This document shows positions 1 to 8,254 of a stretch of DNA of 64,000 nt, piece by piece (positions within the stretch are counted from its first letter, which is position 1; every line of letters begins with the position of its first letter). The position numbers and the translations under genes were made by a program. The stretch lies in assembly GCA_037447435.1 (NCBI GenBank), contig JBBIGR010000001.1, positions 32,001 to 96,000 of the forward strand. The letters are read 5' to 3'. The notes beneath the pieces are model-generated. The model was not told the origin of the DNA, did no database searches, and was given only the letters and a program-made list of their open reading frames with translations. The DNA comes from Fibrobacteria bacterium (GTDB lineage: Bacteria > Fibrobacterota > Chitinivibrionia > Chitinivibrionales > FEN-1185).

Positions 1-2
1 AT

Positions 3-458
3 AAATTCGAAGGTGCCGTTGTTGCGAAAATAGATTTATGGGATTGTTTCCATGAAATTTCCAAAGAAACCACGGAACCATTTCTTATCAAGCTCGGCGG
101 AAAAAGCCTGTATTCCGACAAATGGAAAAACGGCTCCGCAATCCTTGAGACGCCCCTTTCCGTACCCGGTGTCGAGAAAATTTCGCTTATCGTAGAAAAG
201 CAGGAGCCGGCCCTTGACACTGCAGCCAAAAAAGACACCGGCGCGGTTGCCGCGGTTTCTCCCGCCCTTTTGGGCGATCAAAAAGTAAAAAAAGAAATGG
301 GTTTTTTTGCAAAAAATAAGGTATTGATCATTATCATCGGCATAATCGCCTTAGGCGTCATAATTTTCCTTCTCATTCAGTTTTATATGTGGCTCAGCAA
401 TGTTTTCACCATGCGGGCGATCAACAAGGCAGACGATGATCCGTTCGGCCGACGATAA
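3..458 (+). CDS. Hypothetical protein, 5'-truncated by the window edge, with a C-terminal transmembrane helix
   Basis: Frame is open from position 3 to TAA at 458; ends with hydrophobic VLIIIIGIIALGVIIFLLIQFYMW preceded by a basic patch. Confidence 0.7.
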   Translation, partial: KFEGAVVAKIDLWDCFHEISKETTEPFLIKLGGKSLYSDKWKNGSAILETPLSVPGVEKISLIVEKQEPALDTAAKKDTGAVAAVSPALLGDQKVKKEMGFFAKNKVLIIIIGIIALGVIIFLLIQFYMWLSNVFTMRAINKADDDPFGRR

Positions 459-1173
459 AAAAAACAAAGGATTCTCCAAAACGGCCGTTTGTCAATCAAG
501 CGGCCGTTTTTATTCAATTGCAACGTTATGGCGGGCTTTTTCTTTTTTCGCTGTTTGCCTCGCCTGCACATGCACTCCGGTTGCCTTTCGCTCGAAGGGA
601 TTTCCACCCACCTATTCCTACGACTGGATTTCCTCAAAAAAAATCGGCTTTGCAAAACCCATAGTCGTATCATCGGAAATTTTTTATGAAAACAGATTTA
701 CCAACCAGAGTTACCACAGCATAGATAAAAGCAGGACAGCCGAGGCGTTTTACCGGGATTTTCTGCAAAAAACGTCGCAAAGCCGATTGGGTTGGCGCGA
801 AGCCGGACAATTCGCAGACAGTATTTTGCAGCGAAAATTAGCTTTTGTCAAAACACCGCTGGACAGTTTGCCCGGCGATTGTCTCGAACCGCTGAGAAGT
901 CAAGGCATAGAGGTTTTCGTTTGCATCTATGCGATGCGCCTGTACCATATGCAATTGGTCGGACTGCGGCCCGAGGCCGGGGGAAGCGTTGAATCATATT
1001 CGACAATCATTAAAAAAAATGTCGATTACTCCGTGACCATCATAGATGTGGCTGCAAATAAGCCGCTATTCACGATACCGATAAAAATTGAGCAAAACAA
1101 CCAATCGCTTAATATTATGGAAAATACCGTCGATGATTTGTTTTCCATTTTACTGAGGAATCGCCGTCAGTAA
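436..1173 (+). CDS. Hypothetical protein, possible lipoprotein
   Basis: About 245 aa; hydrophobic FSFFAVCLACTC near the N-terminus; start uncertain (ATG 436 overlaps the upstream gene). Confidence 0.6.
   Translation: MIRSADDKKNKGFSKTAVCQSSGRFYSIATLWRAFSFFAVCLACTCTPVAFRSKGFPPTYSYDWISSKKIGFAKPIVVSSEIFYENRFTNQSYHSIDKSRTAEAFYRDFLQKTSQSRLGWREAGQFADSILQRKLAFVKTPLDSLPGDCLEPLRSQGIEVFVCIYAMRLYHMQLVGLRPEAGGSVESYSTIIKKNVDYSVTIIDVAANKPLFTIPIKIEQNNQSLNIMENTVDDLFSILLRNRRQ
478..514 (+). terminator. Terminator-like hairpin just after the first CDS, inside the 5' part of the next ORF
   Basis: AAAACGGCCGTTTG-tcaat-CAAGCGGCCGTTTT, 14-bp stem with one G-U pair, then TATT. Confidence 0.5.
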
Positions 1174-1382
1174 TTCAATGATGATCCATTATCAACGTAA
1201 TCATCCATAATCGGCGCTATATCGTCTACGATCTTGGCCACGATGCTGTCATTGAAAAAATAACCGATTTCTATTCGACGTTTCAGGTCCTTAAGGTATT
1301 CCTTTTTCTGACCCTCTTCCATCCAAAGAAACTTTCCCGACCGGATATGAGTGGATTCTTTTCGGAGTTTCACAATTTTCAT
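1167..1382 (-). CDS. Small hypothetical protein with a FlgM-like C-terminal motif
   Basis: LKDLKRRIEIGYFFNDSIVAKIVDDI resembles the FlgM C-terminal helix-G-aromatic-helix pattern; start could be 1382 or 1322. Confidence 0.45.
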   Translation of the reverse strand: MKIVKLRKESTHIRSGKFLWMEEGQKKEYLKDLKRRIEIGYFFNDSIVAKIVDDIAPIMDDYVDNGSSLNY

Positions 1383-1600
1383 CCTTGAAAAATGGTCGCA
1401 TCCTTGCGATTTACTCTGTATTTCGTTCTCTTTATTACTATCGACCTTTGTATAAAAATTCTTAAGAGTTTGTTTATTTTTTAATACAAAGCCAGCAAAC
1501 TTGCAAATTGATAGATTAATCAACGGGAATCATCGTTATATACTCGACAAAAATCGTTTCGCATTGTACACTGATGTTCAACCCTTGATGGATTTAAATA

Positions 1601-2785
1601 ATGGTCAGATACAATCTCGACGATATTAACGATGACATGATTTTGGGCGAATCTTTATTTTTGCCTTCCGGCGAATTATTGCTTGCCGCCGGATACAGAC
1701 TGAAAGAACGCTATCGCCGGCGCCTCAAGGAATTGGGCTTTTCAACCGCTCTTGTCGAAATAGAAGGCACCGAAAGCGTCATCCCCGAAACCATTATTTC
1801 CTCCCATATTCAGCGTGAAATGTCGCTGTCGCTCAACAAATCGACCAAAGATATTGCCGATTCCATTCCGGTGCATGAACAAGGGACCCGCTCGATACAG
1901 AAGATGTTACGCGAGAACAAGCATCATCTTAATAAATTTATCATGTCCACGGGTATTTCCCATGCTCTTGAAAAATTCATCGACGAAATCCTCAGCCAGT
2001 CCTCGGTGGTTCTTAACATGTCGGAATTATCCAAGGCCCAGGGGGATTTGTTTGCTCATGCAATAAATGTCACCATTATTTCCTTGTGTTTGGGAAAAAA
2101 GTTCAGGTTCTCGTACGAGGAAATGAAACAGCTCGGCATCGGTGCCATCAATTACGACTTGGGAATGGTAGCGGTGCCAAGGGAAATTCTCCAAAAGACG
2201 GACGATCTGACCGATGAAGAAGAAATGATGCTTCGGCAACATACGGTTTTCGGCTATCTCATGCTTTCTCAAAATCCGACAATACCGCCGACCAGCGCTG
2301 CAGTCGCATTGCAACATCATGAGCGTCAGGACGGAAGCGGATATCCGCGCGGGATAAAAGGAGAAAACAGACCTCCTTTGAAAGACTTCTCGCGAAAAAA
2401 AGTGATACATCGGTTTGCGGAAATTGTGGCAGTAGCCGACGTTTACGATATGCTTACCGCAGGTCGCTCTCATTATAGTGAAAAACACAGCGCCCAGGAA
2501 GCGATTAAAAAGGTAATCCAACTCGGAGGAACCAAACTCAATGCCGAAGTTGTTAAGACCCTTACCTCTATCGTACCGTTATTTCCGACAGGAGCTAAAA
2601 TAAGAATTATAAATGCTCCCGTACCGCAACTCGTGGGGTATATCGGTGTTGTCGCAAAAAACGACGCTGAACGCCTGGAACAGCCGACCTTGGTACTTTA
2701 CGAAACGAAAAACCACCAACGTGTCGCGCCGATACTGGTTGACACGGCTAAACATTCGGGCATTCAGTTCGAGTTGATTTCATAA
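1601..2785 (+). CDS. HD-GYP domain protein with a degenerate HD dyad (YD)
   Basis: HAINV, INYDLG in place of LLHDIG, HHERQDGSGYPRG, ADVYD. Confidence 0.88.
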   Translation: MVRYNLDDINDDMILGESLFLPSGELLLAAGYRLKERYRRRLKELGFSTALVEIEGTESVIPETIISSHIQREMSLSLNKSTKDIADSIPVHEQGTRSIQKMLRENKHHLNKFIMSTGISHALEKFIDEILSQSSVVLNMSELSKAQGDLFAHAINVTIISLCLGKKFRFSYEEMKQLGIGAINYDLGMVAVPREILQKTDDLTDEEEMMLRQHTVFGYLMLSQNPTIPPTSAAVALQHHERQDGSGYPRGIKGENRPPLKDFSRKKVIHRFAEIVAVADVYDMLTAGRSHYSEKHSAQEAIKKVIQLGGTKLNAEVVKTLTSIVPLFPTGAKIRIINAPVPQLVGYIGVVAKNDAERLEQPTLVLYETKNHQRVAPILVDTAKHSGIQFELIS

Positions 2786-2789
2786 ATCC

Positions 2790-2809
2790 GCAATACTCCA
2801 GAGTATTGC
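2790..2809. terminator. Hairpin between the convergent HD-GYP gene and trpS
   Basis: GCAATACTC-ca-GAGTATTGC inverted repeat in a 36-bp convergent gap. Confidence 0.4.
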
Positions 2810-2821
2810 CTTACCGTATTT

Positions 2822-3784
2822 TTATGCCACTCCAACCAATTCTCTGACTTTTTGTAACGTTGGAATTCCGGCAGCGCGAGCTTTTTCAGCGCCTTTTTTT
2901 CTTACCTCTGCAACAAAATCCAAGTTTCCCGCAAGCTCTTCGCGCTTTTTTCTGAACGGAAGGAAATATTCCCATAAAACGGAAAAAAGTTCTTTTTTCG
3001 CATCACCGTAGCCATACCCGCCTTTGCGAAGTTTTTGTTCCATATCATTTGCTTTTTGTGGCGAGGCAAAAAGCCTGTAAATTGCAAAAACAACACTTTT
3101 TTCAGGATTTTTGGGACTTTCAAGCGGAGTCGGATCAGTTATTATTGTCATGATTTTCTTTTTAAACTGGTTTTCAGGTGCAAAAATATCGATTGTATTC
3201 CCGTATGATTTGGACATTTTTTGGCCGTCGATGCCAGGAATAACGGCAACCTCTTCTTTAATACGGGGCTCGGGAATGGTAAACACTTCCCCGTAGGTTT
3301 GATTAAACTTTATTGCAATGTCCCGGGCAACCTCGACATGCTGTTTTTGATCTTTACCAACAGGAACTATCGTCGACTGATACATAAGAATATCCGCAGC
3401 CATAAGAACCGGATAGGAGAAAAGACCGTTATTTGCCGGAAGATTTTTGGCAATTTTATCTTTATAAGAATGGCAACGTTCCAAAAGGCCCATCGGCGTT
3501 ACATTACTGAGATACCATGCGAGTTCTGTAACCTCAGGCACGTCCGATTGCGCCCAAAATACGGATTTGTCGGGGTCGATACCGAGGGCAAGCAGATCCA
3601 AAATTGCTTCCGTAGAAAATGCGCCGACTTTTGCCGGATCAAATACCGATGTTAAACTGTGCAAATTTGCTAAAAAACAGAAAAGTTCGCCTTTTTCCTG
3701 GGAAGCGACCATTGGCTGTATCATGCCGAGATAGTTGCCGATATGCAATACTCCCGACGGTTGAATGCCCGAAAGAATGCGCAT
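2822..3784 (-). CDS. trpS: Tryptophanyl-tRNA synthetase
   Basis: MRILSGIQPSG, HIGN, YPVLMAADIL, VPVGKDQKQH, KMSKS. Confidence 0.97.
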   Translation of the reverse strand: MRILSGIQPSGVLHIGNYLGMIQPMVASQEKGELFCFLANLHSLTSVFDPAKVGAFSTEAILDLLALGIDPDKSVFWAQSDVPEVTELAWYLSNVTPMGLLERCHSYKDKIAKNLPANNGLFSYPVLMAADILMYQSTIVPVGKDQKQHVEVARDIAIKFNQTYGEVFTIPEPRIKEEVAVIPGIDGQKMSKSYGNTIDIFAPENQFKKKIMTIITDPTPLESPKNPEKSVVFAIYRLFASPQKANDMEQKLRKGGYGYGDAKKELFSVLWEYFLPFRKKREELAGNLDFVAEVRKKGAEKARAAGIPTLQKVRELVGVA

Positions 3785-3959
3785 TTTGTTATAACTCCTT
3801 GTAATGAAAAAATCCAGTAATAAAAAAATATCATTCAATATACTTAATTTGGATTTGCAATTTCATGTTCATATATTTAATTTATACGCTGTAGATTTAA
3901 ATTTGAAAAAACATGAGTTTTCATGTCATCCACCAAACCCTAAACACAAGGAGTGTTTT

Positions 3960-4487
3960 ATGAAATTGTCCCGCGTTCTTGTTGCTGTTGTTGCTTGCTC
4001 TAGTTTTTTGTTTGCTGAAGAAGCTGCTGCTCCTGCTGCCGCACCTGCTGCAGAAAAAGCCGCACCTGCGAAAAAGGCTGCTGCCTCTTCGATCAGCGGA
4101 ACCGTTGTTTCGGCCGACGCATCCAGCATCGTTGTTAAAGGCAAAAAAGCCGATGAAACAATTGCTATCGATGCTTCAACAAAAATTACTATTGGAAAAG
4201 CCGCTGCCACAGCTGCAGACATTAAAGCCGATTCAAAAGTAACCGTTTCTTTCAAAACCGTTGATGGCAAAAAAGTTGCTACAAAAATCGTAGAAAAAAC
4301 CGAAGCTGCTCCTGCAACAGAAAAGAAAGCTGAAGCCAAGAAATCCGAAGCTGCTCCTGCCGAGAAAAAGGCCGAAGCCGCTCCTGCAGCAGAAAAGAAA
4401 GCCGAAGCTCCGGCAGCAGCACCTGCTGCCGAGAAAAAAGCCGAAGCCGCTCCTGCAGCACCTGCAGCAGCTCCTGCTAAGAAGTAA
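3960..4487 (+). CDS. Secreted protein with an OB-fold-like (DUF5666-type) domain and Ala/Glu/Lys/Pro-rich tails, paralog 1
   Basis: AAGGAG RBS; signal peptide MKLSRVLVAVVACSSFLFA; core SISGTVVS...DIKADSKVTV...DGKKVATKI; repeated AEKKAEAAPA tail. Confidence 0.8.
   Translation: MKLSRVLVAVVACSSFLFAEEAAAPAAAPAAEKAAPAKKAAASSISGTVVSADASSIVVKGKKADETIAIDASTKITIGKAAATAADIKADSKVTVSFKTVDGKKVATKIVEKTEAAPATEKKAEAKKSEAAPAEKKAEAAPAAEKKAEAPAAAPAAEKKAEAAPAAPAAAPAKK
4300..4484 (+). repeat. Intragenic imperfect tandem repeats encoding (A)EKKAEAAPA
   Basis: Recurring GAAGCYGCTCCTGC and GARAARAARGCYGAAGC units. Confidence 0.75.
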
Positions 4488-4512
4488 TTTTAGTCGGATC
4501 TTTGCATCGTAT

Positions 4513-4548
4513 AAGCCATCCTGTCATGCAGGGTGGCTTTTCTTTTTT
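4513..4548 (+). terminator. Rho-independent terminator
   Basis: AAGCCATCCTG-tcatg-CAGGGTGGCTT followed by TTCTTTTTT. Confidence 0.85.
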
Positions 4549-4562
4549 CGGTTTTATCTTTA

Positions 4563-4591
4563 TTGCGGATATTTAAAAGACGTACTATATT
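4563..4591 (+). promoter_or_regulatory. Candidate sigma70 promoter of the two-component operon
   Basis: TTGCGG-N17-TATATT, about 60 bp upstream of the kinase start. Confidence 0.45.
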
Positions 4592-4653
4592 AATGCGTAT
4601 TAAAAACATTCGCGTTAAAAAAAGTCCGTTTAATTTTTTCAATCGTATTATTC

Positions 4654-6105
4654 ATGAGTTTCCAGACTAAATTGCTCCTTTTTTTCGGCCCCCTCTTCGT
4701 TCTGGTTGTAGGGTCTCTTTTGTTTTATACCATGCAATCGGAAAAAAAGATCATAAATCAACTTGAAGACGACATACAAAACATCGTCCATACCGTCCAT
4801 TATTCCACGCAAAAACTTTCGGCCAAAAAAGGCTCCGATTCCGAAGCCCTGGAACGTTTTATCCAGGACATAAAAAAGAATAAATCGATACGGGAAGTAT
4901 CTGTCGTTAACAGCAGCGAAAAAATCGTGGCGAGCAGCAATCCGAACAAGGTCGGGCAAATCGGAAAACTATCGGGCAAGGAAATCGTGGTCAAGGCCCA
5001 ATTCGGTTTGGAAGATTCGGCAGGAAAACATATTCGCTACGACTTTGTCGAAGTCCCCATTATCAGAGATAATAAAGTCATAGGGCTATTGCAGACTTCC
5101 ATCGTCGTAAACGATTTCACCTATCTTTTCCGTCGGCTTAATTTCCGTACAACAATCATTGCGGCCAGCTCTTTGCTCGTCATGATTCTCGTTTCGCTAT
5201 TTGCCTTGCGCAGGTTTAACACGCCTTTGAGAAAATTGTCTTTGGTCGCAGAGCAAGTTGCGCTCGGCGATCTATCGGTGCGACTCGACAGAAGCGGGAA
5301 CGACGAAGTCGCCCGCCTGAATAACTCGTTCGATGCCATGATCAACAAACTTGCCGAACATAAACAGCTCGAAGATAAACTACGGGATTTGGAACGACGG
5401 GCTATTTTGGCCGAAATGGCGGCCAATCTGGCGCATGAAATCCGAAACCCTCTTAACCTCATCAATTTGACTGCCGACCATCTCGGCCACGAATATATGC
5501 CGACGAATGAGGAAAAACGGAAATCCTATGCAGACCTAATTGCCGCGCTCAAAGCGGAAGTAAAACATCTTAATACCATGGTAAGCGAATTTTTAACCAT
5601 CGGTCGCCCTTCGCGTCTTAAAAAAACCACTTTCCGGCTTGTCGAACTTTTCGAACAGCTTATCGTTATTGTTAAGCAGCAGCTCGTCGCAAAACACATT
5701 ACTCTTACCGTCAATGCCGACGACCTCGTTTCGATAAGCGCCGACATCGAACAGATGCGGCTTGTTTTTCTCAATCTTTTTTTGAACGCCATCGAAGCGG
5801 TACCCGACAACGGCACCATTTCAGTCGATGTTCAAAAAGCCGGCAATTCCGCAATTTTATTGCAAATTACCGACAACGGCCCCGGAATAGCGCAGGAAAA
5901 CCTGGAGCAAATATTTGAGCCCTATTTTTCAAAACGCCCCGGCGGTACCGGCCTTGGCCTCGCGCTGGCACGGCGCATTATAGAAGAACACGGCGGAACA
6001 ATCAAAGCAGGTAATATGGCTCACGGCGGCGCCCGATTCGATATCACGCTCCCCGAATTTTACGGGGCGGAAAGCGTAAAAGAACCACCGCCGGAAATTA
6101 GTTGA
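4654..6105 (+). CDS. Sensor histidine kinase (TM, periplasmic domain, TM, HAMP, HisKA, HATPase)
   Basis: Two TM helices; HAMP GDLSVRL...DEVARL; H-box AHEIRNPL; NLFLNAIEA; DNGPGI; GTGLGL. Confidence 0.95.
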   Translation: MSFQTKLLLFFGPLFVLVVGSLLFYTMQSEKKIINQLEDDIQNIVHTVHYSTQKLSAKKGSDSEALERFIQDIKKNKSIREVSVVNSSEKIVASSNPNKVGQIGKLSGKEIVVKAQFGLEDSAGKHIRYDFVEVPIIRDNKVIGLLQTSIVVNDFTYLFRRLNFRTTIIAASSLLVMILVSLFALRRFNTPLRKLSLVAEQVALGDLSVRLDRSGNDEVARLNNSFDAMINKLAEHKQLEDKLRDLERRAILAEMAANLAHEIRNPLNLINLTADHLGHEYMPTNEEKRKSYADLIAALKAEVKHLNTMVSEFLTIGRPSRLKKTTFRLVELFEQLIVIVKQQLVAKHITLTVNADDLVSISADIEQMRLVFLNLFLNAIEAVPDNGTISVDVQKAGNSAILLQITDNGPGIAQENLEQIFEPYFSKRPGGTGLGLALARRIIEEHGGTIKAGNMAHGGARFDITLPEFYGAESVKEPPPEIS

Positions 6106-6138
6106 TTTATAGTATAACCTTTTCAGTCTGAGTAACGT

Positions 6139-7488
6139 ATGGCTAAAGTCCTTATCGTAGACGATCAATCGGCACAACGCAACATCATGGCGAGCATTCT
6201 CGGTTCCGAGGGGCATGTTCTTGCCGAGGCCCCGGACGTGGACTCTGCCTTAAGCCAAGTCCAGGAATTCAAACCCGACGTCATTTTGACCGATTTAAAA
6301 ATGGATGGTAAAAGCGGTCTCGTTTTGGTCGAGGAAATCGGCAAATTGCCGGTACCTCCGGAAATAGTCGTCATTACCGCTTTCGGGTCTGTCGAAACCG
6401 CGGTAAACGCCATGCGCCTCGGTGCATACGATTATTTAAATAAACCCTTGGAACGGGATGTTTTATTGCTTGTCGTGCAACGGGCTGCCGAAAAATTCTC
6501 ATTACGCATAGAGGGGCAGCAACTCCGAAACGAATTGACCAAGCAACTCACCGAAGGTCTCATTGCCGAATCCGCTCCAATGAAAAACGTGCTTGAAATC
6601 GTGAAAAAAGTGGCTTTGAGCGATTCGACGGTTCTTATTCGCGGCGAGTCGGGTACCGGCAAAGAACGAATCGCACGCCTGATCCATTACCTGAGCAGTC
6701 GCGGACGTAAACTGATGCAAAGCATCAATTGCGCCGCATTTCCCGAGACGCTTCTGGAAAGCGAACTTTTCGGATATGAAAAAGGCGCTTTTACCGGCGC
6801 TCAAAACAGGCATATCGGCCTAGTTGAGGATTCGTCGGGAAGTACGCTTTTTCTGGATGAAGTCGCAGATATGTCGCTTTCAACGCAAGCAAAGCTTTTA
6901 CGGGTTTTGCAGGAGCGGGAAATCCGCCGCGTCGGCGGAACAAAAAATATCCCCGTCGACCTTCGCATTATTGCTGCAACAAACAAGAATCTCGAAGAGG
7001 CTATAAAGCAAGGCGCATTTCGCGACGATTTGTTTTATCGTCTCAATATTATACCAATCACCATTCCTCCGCTTCGGGAAAGGCGTGAAGATATAGAACC
7101 GCTTGTCAATTTTTTCATTTCAAGAAGCGGCAAACCGAAAAAAGTCGATCCCGCTGCAATGGAATGTATAAAAAACTATACATGGTTTGGAAATGTGCGG
7201 GAGCTTGAAGCGGTAATGGAAAGAATCAGTGTTTTGTCGACCAATTCGGCAATTTCCGTCGATGACTTACCGGTGGAATTAACAAGCAATTCTTCGCCAT
7301 CCTCTTCGGCAATGACCTCATTTCCTTTACCCAAAGAAGGCATTGTTTTTGAAAATTGGGAAAAGGATATATTGTCTCAAGCTTTGGTTCAATGCAACGG
7401 TATAATGGCCGATGCGGCAAAACTCTTGGGAATGACCTATCGGACTTTTCAATACCGGGCCGAAAAATTCGGATTAAAAACCGAATGA
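6139..7488 (+). CDS. NtrC-family sigma54-dependent response regulator (REC, AAA+, HTH)
   Basis: VLIVDD, TDLKM, GESGTGKE, GAFTGA, LFLDEV, FRDDLFYRLN, C-terminal AAKLLG HTH. Confidence 0.96.
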   Translation: MAKVLIVDDQSAQRNIMASILGSEGHVLAEAPDVDSALSQVQEFKPDVILTDLKMDGKSGLVLVEEIGKLPVPPEIVVITAFGSVETAVNAMRLGAYDYLNKPLERDVLLLVVQRAAEKFSLRIEGQQLRNELTKQLTEGLIAESAPMKNVLEIVKKVALSDSTVLIRGESGTGKERIARLIHYLSSRGRKLMQSINCAAFPETLLESELFGYEKGAFTGAQNRHIGLVEDSSGSTLFLDEVADMSLSTQAKLLRVLQEREIRRVGGTKNIPVDLRIIAATNKNLEEAIKQGAFRDDLFYRLNIIPITIPPLRERREDIEPLVNFFISRSGKPKKVDPAAMECIKNYTWFGNVRELEAVMERISVLSTNSAISVDDLPVELTSNSSPSSSAMTSFPLPKEGIVFENWEKDILSQALVQCNGIMADAAKLLGMTYRTFQYRAEKFGLKTE

Positions 7489-7494
7489 TGTCGA

Positions 7495-7542
7495 TTTCAT
7501 ATACGTTTTGGTGCATTTGAATACACCAAAACGTATATGAAA
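7495..7542. promoter_or_regulatory. Perfect 19-bp inverted repeat; candidate tandem enhancer (UAS) for the sigma54 activator
   Basis: TTTCATATACGTTTTGGTG-N10-CACCAAAACGTATATGAAA; holds TATAC-N6-GTGCA (7500-7515) and TACAC-N6-GTATA (7522-7537), centres 22 bp apart. Confidence 0.6.
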
Positions 7543-7648
7543 CCTGCCAACTTTTCTTATTTATTATCACTTACTCCATTTTAAATATCATTGTAACTAT
7601 AATAAATGCAAATGATTACAATTAATATCCAATGCAATTTTTAATAAT

Positions 7649-7664
7649 TGGCAAAGCATTTGCT
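7649..7664 (+). promoter_or_regulatory. Sigma54 (-24/-12) promoter
   Basis: TGGCAA-AGCAT-TTGCT matches TGGCAC-N5-TTGCW with exact GG-N10-GC spacing, 66 bp upstream of ATG 7731. Confidence 0.85.
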
Positions 7665-7730
7665 TAATTCTTAAGTCATAATAAATGTTTTCAAGCCCCA
7701 TTTTTAAACAATTTTTATAAGGAGTGTCTC

Positions 7731-8129
7731 ATGAAACTTTCTCGCATTCTTATCGCTGTTATCGCATGCTCAAGCTTCCTCTTCGCACAAGCAGCAACAA
7801 CAGAAGCTGCTCCTAAAGCTGAAAAAGCTGCAAAAAAAGAAGCCGCATCCACAATCAGCGGTTCCGTTGTTTCCGTTGATGCAATTGCAAACACAATCAT
7901 CGTAAAAGTTAAAAAAGCTGAAGACACAGTAAGTGTTGAAGCTGGTGCAAAGATTCTTAGCGGCAAGAAAGAAATCGCTCTTGGCGATATCAAAGCAGAC
8001 GCAAAAGTAACTATTACAACTAAAGTTGTCGACGGCAAAAAAGTCGCAACCAAAATTGTAGAAAAAGCCGCTGCAGAGAAAAAAGCAGAGAAGAAAGAAA
8101 AAGCAGAAGCTGCTCCTGCTGCAAAGTAA
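7731..8129 (+). CDS. Secreted protein with an OB-fold-like (DUF5666-type) domain, paralog 2
   Basis: TAAGGAG RBS; signal peptide MKLSRILIAVIACSSFLFA; clearly homologous to 3960..4487 (ISG.VVS.DA, DIKAD.KVT, VDGKKVATKIVEK). Confidence 0.85.
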   Translation: MKLSRILIAVIACSSFLFAQAATTEAAPKAEKAAKKEAASTISGSVVSVDAIANTIIVKVKKAEDTVSVEAGAKILSGKKEIALGDIKADAKVTITTKVVDGKKVATKIVEKAAAEKKAEKKEKAEAAPAAK

Positions 8130-8181
8130 TTTGTTTCAGTTTTAGTTTTTTTTCGAATTCATTTTATGGGGTTTGCATCTG

Positions 8182-8218
8182 ACTCCGTCCGGCCCAGCCG
8201 GGCGGAGTTTTTTATTTT
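8182..8218 (+). terminator. Rho-independent terminator
   Basis: ACTCCGTCCGGC-cca-GCCGGGCGGAGT followed by TTTTTATTTT. Confidence 0.85.
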
Positions 8219-8254
8219 GTGCATAAAATGAGTCTACTGAATCGCGACCAATAT

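Noticed and set aside
3785..3959. T-box or attenuator for trpS, or a sigma54 promoter for paralog 1
   Set aside because: No T-box consensus and no convincing TGGC-N9-GC box; the ORF-track extensions to 3838 and 3804 are unlikely starts.
4300..4484. CRISPR-like or mobile repeat array
   Set aside because: The repeats are in-frame low-complexity coding units with no unique spacers and no cas genes.
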